A DNA stretch of 64,000 nucleotides, from NCBI GenBank assembly GCA_000004985.1, contig GG738849.1. One strand, written 5' to 3'. The position numbers were made by a program, and so were the translations under genes. This document shows positions 60,227-64,000 of the stretch, piece by piece. Source of the DNA: Naegleria gruberi (Eukaryota). The first letter of the stretch is position 1. Each line of letters opens with the position of its first letter. Below the pieces are notes generated by a model. That model ran no database searches. It had not been told where the DNA came from and saw only the letters and a program-made list of their open reading frames with translations.

Positions 60227-61676
60227 ATGTTACCATCATCAAGAACAGAACCTTTAACAGAATTACAAAGAAAGGCAATTATTCCTGTTCGTTCCGATAT
60301 TGCAACAAGTGCATCGGAAGATTATGAAAAGGGATGGAGAAATTTGGAACAATATGTTGATGAAGTTATTTCATTTAGTTCTAGTTATAGGTTTGTTTTG
60401 TAATTATGAATCATTTGAATTTAATTTTTCAAAATCAGTGGGCAATCAGGTGGTAGTTATGGACCTGATAATTTGAAAGGAAAACCAAAAACATATCCAA
60501 GACATCAAAGTTCTGGAGCATCATGGTGTCCTCAAACTGTAAATTCTAATCAAGTAAGTAATGAGAACTAACAATAATAATTGAACTTTTTAATTGCAGC
60601 ATGTTATTGTAAAATTCCATCATCCAGTTTATGTAAATGAAGTACACATTTATGAGACATCTTTTCCTGGATCTGTAGTCAAAATTTCATGTAAAGTAAA
60701 ACAACAAAATGAGGAAGCAGTTGTTCCTGAAAAGAAATCATTCTTAAGAAAGGCAATAGAAAAAGTTATAGGGAAGGACGGAGAGGTATGTCACTAAATT
60801 ATTTGCCATTCTCTTATTCAATTTTTTCATAATTCAATGTTGAACTCTTACAAGTGGGTTGTGTTATTTGAAAGACCTGATGCTGTATTTGTTACTGGTG
60901 CACAAGATTTTTCACCAGAACTTTCTAATAAGGGAACTTACTCTGATACTATTAGAATTGACATGAAATTGGGTGCAAATTGGAGTGAAATTGATGCCAT
61001 CAAACTTGTTGGTAAAACAAAAGTGGATTTGCCAAAAATTACTAAACTGGGAGCAATCTATAAGAAGATGTTTGATGATGCTCTCTTTACAGATTTGAAC
61101 ATTGTTCACAAACAATCAGGAAATACCCTCAGAGTTCACAAGTCAATTATGACTTCCCGATCAGAATATTTCAAAGTTATATGTGAAAGTGAAATGATTG
61201 AATCTAAAACCTCAATTATTGAATTTGAAGAAGATGTACCATTCAATACCTTTAAGGATGTCGTTGAATTTATTTACAGTAATCACATTAATATTAATCA
61301 GGAAAATATTTATCAAGTATATCTTTTAGCAGATCAATTTTTAATTGGTTCTTTATCAACTTATTGTGGAAGACTCTTCTCCACTTGGATGGATGGAGAG
61401 AATGCCTTTGAAATGGCAAGAATGGCTAAAAAGCACTGTTGCCACAAGCTCAATGAAGTGGCTTTAGAATACATTGTTGATAATTATACATTACTCTTCT
61501 TAAATCCTCAATTTGAAGATTTAGAACATGAAGATGTGATTACAATCTGTAGGAGACTTGCTGAAAGACACAACTCTAAAGATCAAGAAGCAAACCCTAA
61601 ACCAAATACCAACACCAGTGAGACTGTTAGCGAGTGTACAGAAGACCCATGCTCAGAAGAGATTTGTGATGAGTAA
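60227..61676 (+). CDS. BTB/POZ-domain protein with N-terminal DOC/APC10-like (galactose-binding fold) domain, 4 exons; exon 2 shows an apparent frame break
   Basis: Exons are 60227..60390, about 60438..60553, about 60592..60786 and about 60864..61676. Donors are GTTTGT, GTAAGT and GTATGT. WCPQTVNSNQHVIVKFHHPVYVNEVHIYETSFPGSVVKISCK resembles APC10 [44 protein letters not shown]. The BTB is LNIVHKQSGNTLRVHKSIMTSRSEYFKVICESEM...VEFIYS. Confidence 0.6.
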
Positions 61677-61689
61677 AGTTTGTAAATAT

Positions 61690-63464
61690 TTAACTATTAA
61701 TTATCTTTTCTGAAATTGTAGAAGGACAATACAGTTTAACCATTTCAGATGAAGGACACAACAAGTAAATCAATCCACTTGTGACCAATAACATGGACAA
61801 ATCAAGAGTGTTGAAATTAACAGATCTATAAAACAAGCCAATCAACACTTGACTTGCTGCATATTCAATAATAATCAAAATCATTTGTAAAAACACAAAC
61901 AGAGCAGCCACAAATATTATCATGATAGCTCTTGTAAATTTGATTTGGAATATTGACAAATTATTAGCCTTTTTCAATTGAATGAATAATTTACCACCAA
62001 ATACTGAAAAACCAACAACCAAAAAGATGGTCAAAACAACTGTCAGAATGAAAAATGTCAAATTGAATATTTTTGCTATTGAGGGTAGTCCAATATAAAT
62101 CAAAGGTAATACCAATAAGAGACCGAACGTGAGTAAGAATGTTGCTAGTATGATTTTCAAATACTTGTGAATGGTTATTGAATTTGCTCCAACAGAATTT
62201 TTGCTATTTGTTTGTAATAACAAGTTGACCCACATTACAAAAATACAAAATAGAGCTGAGAATAAGCACAGTAAACTGATAGCTCTAAAGAAACCAGATC
62301 CTATTCATTAGCAATGATGGTATTCAATTTTAAACTTTCCAATAGAAATTGAATAAACTTACCGATTGACGATTTTGCCTGAAACATTCCAACAGTTGCT
62401 AAACTTAGTAAATTTTCCAAAGCAGAGAAAATCAAATGCAACATTAGAAACACAATAATTAACCATGAAATTGAAATCACCTCTTCCAACACCGCTTTTT
62501 GAATTGGCATTAAATTATTCTTCATATTCACTTTTGCATTCTTAACATTTCTGTAAATGGTTGGAATCACCAATGTGAAAACACAAACGACCATCAATAA
62601 CAAAGTCAACACAAAGCAAATAATTGGATAAGCTCTGAAAGTGAATGGAATAAACAATGTGGAAAAGTAGTCACACTTGAAAGCATATTGCAATTGACCA
62701 CATGAACATTGCCATGGAAGAAATACGTCCTGATTCAGTAGGGAAATGCCATGAAGAAGTGGAATTTCAAGTTCTGATTCTTGATTGTAATCTAATTGAT
62801 GAACTGTAGAGGCTGTGAGTGAATCTATCGTTAGAGTTTGAAAATTATTGGGTGGTTGATTGTAATTACAAAAATTTGCACTCACAAATGTAAAGCATTG
62901 TGTAGAATTGAGTGTCGTGTGAAAAGATATAAAGTCATCTCTATTGCAGTATTGACAATAGTTGACCAAGTAGGCCAGTTCTGCAATGACTTGTCTTGTT
63001 TTTTGACTGGACGAAACATTGTAATGTTGGAGAAGATTATTCTTTACAGTGGAACTAATGTTATTGCTCTGTTCAAAACTCTTTCCAATAAGTTGGGGTA
63101 TACTATTACAAAAAAGTGAGGAACACGAATCAATGTTATATTTTGTAAAGAGTTGATTAGTCACAACAGCACTACACAGTTCTGAATATTTCGAATCAAA
63201 GAAGGGATAAAATAGAGAGAATTGAACCGTATCCTCATATCTATAATTTACAGTTGTTTCGTTTGGAATAACGATAGAAGTACATGTGAGAAGAGAGTAT
63301 TGTTGTTGTGATGATGAGGAGGAGGATGGAATGTAGATCATTGAGCAATTACTCACTCTGTTAGCTCTGGTAAGTGAAGAGTGGACGAAAGAAAGCGAAA
63401 TATTAAACAAGCAGACGATCAACAAGAGAAAGCAACAAAACACAGGTGAGCAGTGTTTTTTCAT
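61690..63464 (-). CDS. Seven-transmembrane receptor-like protein with signal peptide and Cys-containing N-terminal ectodomain, 2 exons (570 aa)
   Basis: Exons are 63464..62363 and 62300..61690; the intron runs 62301..62362 (GTAAGT..GAATAG, phase 1; 1713 nt in frame). There is a signal peptide (MKKHCSPVFCCFLLLIVCLF), an ectodomain of about 270 aa with about 18 Cys, then 7 predicted TM helices. Confidence 0.6.
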
Positions 63465-63697
63465 TCTACTGGTATCAAATGGTTCTGTTTTTTAAAAAAC
63501 TTGTTTTCTTTGTTCTTTGAAGAAGAGACAATAGATCTTGGGTTTCGCTTTGTTTATAATGCTCAAATTTCCACTTCTTTATTTGTAAATCTAGTGTCGG
63601 ATAGTTCTAAGCGGCTAGCCATATTAGTGACTGAAAGGCAGACCTTAGAAAGAATGGTTTTTATTTTAAAGTTCAAAATGGTCATGCATGGAAACAC

Positions 63698-64000
63698 TTA
63701 ATGTTGATAACCTTGTGAGAGCGGTTGGGTTAATGTTGTTTCTCCTGATGTTAATTTGTAGCTTGTTCCTAATTGATATGGATTCGATTCGGATTGACTT
63801 GAATCTTCCTCTGGTTCTACTTGCTTGTTTCTTCCACTCTTTTTGGTAATATAGTCCTGATATTTCTGTAGAGTAGCATCCTTGATACATGGACAGAATA
63901 TTTGTCTAAATTCTGCATTTGGTGTCATTTGATAAATGATACCACTAGCCAATAAACACATACTTAAATCCAATGTATTGAAATTCACACTTCTATAAAA
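63698..64000 (-). CDS. 3' exon of a paralogous 7TM receptor-like gene (continues beyond window end)
   Basis: Its C-terminus MNFNTLDLSMCLLASGIIYQMTPNAEFRQIFCPC aligns with VNFNTLDLSMLLVTSGLIYLLCPSSEMVKLYCPS of the preceding gene. The minus-strand frame stays open upstream to the window edge. Confidence 0.5.
   Translation of the reverse strand, partial: FYRSVNFNTLDLSMCLLASGIIYQMTPNAEFRQIFCPCIKDATLQKYQDYITKKSGRNKQVEPEEDSSQSESNPYQLGTSYKLTSGETTLTQPLSQGYQH

Noticed and set aside
1-64000. Prokaryotic interpretation (operons, defence systems, CRISPR arrays)
   Set aside because: Spliceosomal introns with GTAAGT/GTATGT donors are pervasive, and the gene content is eukaryote-specific (Tup1, IP3R, calpain, folliculin, YEATS, ankyrin). 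The only direct-repeat region (58900..59760) is protein-coding and has no spacers, so there are no repeat-spacer arrays.
1-64000. tRNA / rRNA / snRNA genes
   Set aside because: No tRNA T-loop-like GGTTCGAATCC or box A/B pattern was seen in the intergenic gaps I read, and no rRNA-like conserved blocks. Without a covariance-model scan, small ncRNAs could still be missed.

Overview
The window reads as a gene-dense nuclear chromosomal segment from a eukaryote, not a prokaryote. The evidence is spliceosomal introns of 50-160 nt with GTAAGT/GTATGT donors and YAG acceptors, frequent aaaATG start contexts, TAA/TAG stops, AT-rich non-coding DNA and Q/N/S/T-rich low-complexity coding tracts. The gene content points to an amoebozoan of the social-amoeba type that is less AT-rich than D. 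discoideum (inference): Tup1-like corepressor, IP3-receptor-like channel, vacuolin/flotillin-like SPFH protein, folliculin, BPI-fold protein and poly-Q/N proteins. I call about 29 protein-coding genes on both strands, most with one to three short introns that I placed by hand from splice motifs and frame continuity. Intron edges may be off by 1-2 nt, partly because I found an off-by-one inconsistency between the displayed sequence and the ORF track near 34680. Confident calls are an AMP-forming acyl-CoA synthetase, mitochondrial glutamate dehydrogenase, a POLQ-like helicase-polymerase, the mitochondrial phosphate carrier, kynureninase, a C2-calpain, a 2538-aa IP3R/RyR-like channel, folliculin, EEF1A-lysine methyltransferase (N6AMT2/EFM5), Tup1 and a Kelch+BTB (LZTR1-like) protein. 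The ORF track missed several genes because their exons are short or run off the window edge. These are a partial NYN-nuclease+LRR gene at 1..2799, an ankyrin gene with two tiny 5' exons, and at least two small membrane-protein genes in apparently empty intergenic gaps. I found no rRNA, tRNA, CRISPR array or recognisable transposon. There is no single compact system such as an operon or defence island. The items worth a second look are unusual domain architectures (NYN+LRR, RING+YEATS, N-terminal C2 on a calpain, SPFH with degenerate hairpin repeats, an acidic-repeat plus Cys-rich module protein), an IP3R with an atypical pore motif, a tandemly duplicated 7TM receptor-like family at the 3' end, extremely tight gene spacing with overlapping convergent 3' ends, and one apparent frameshift in a coding exon.
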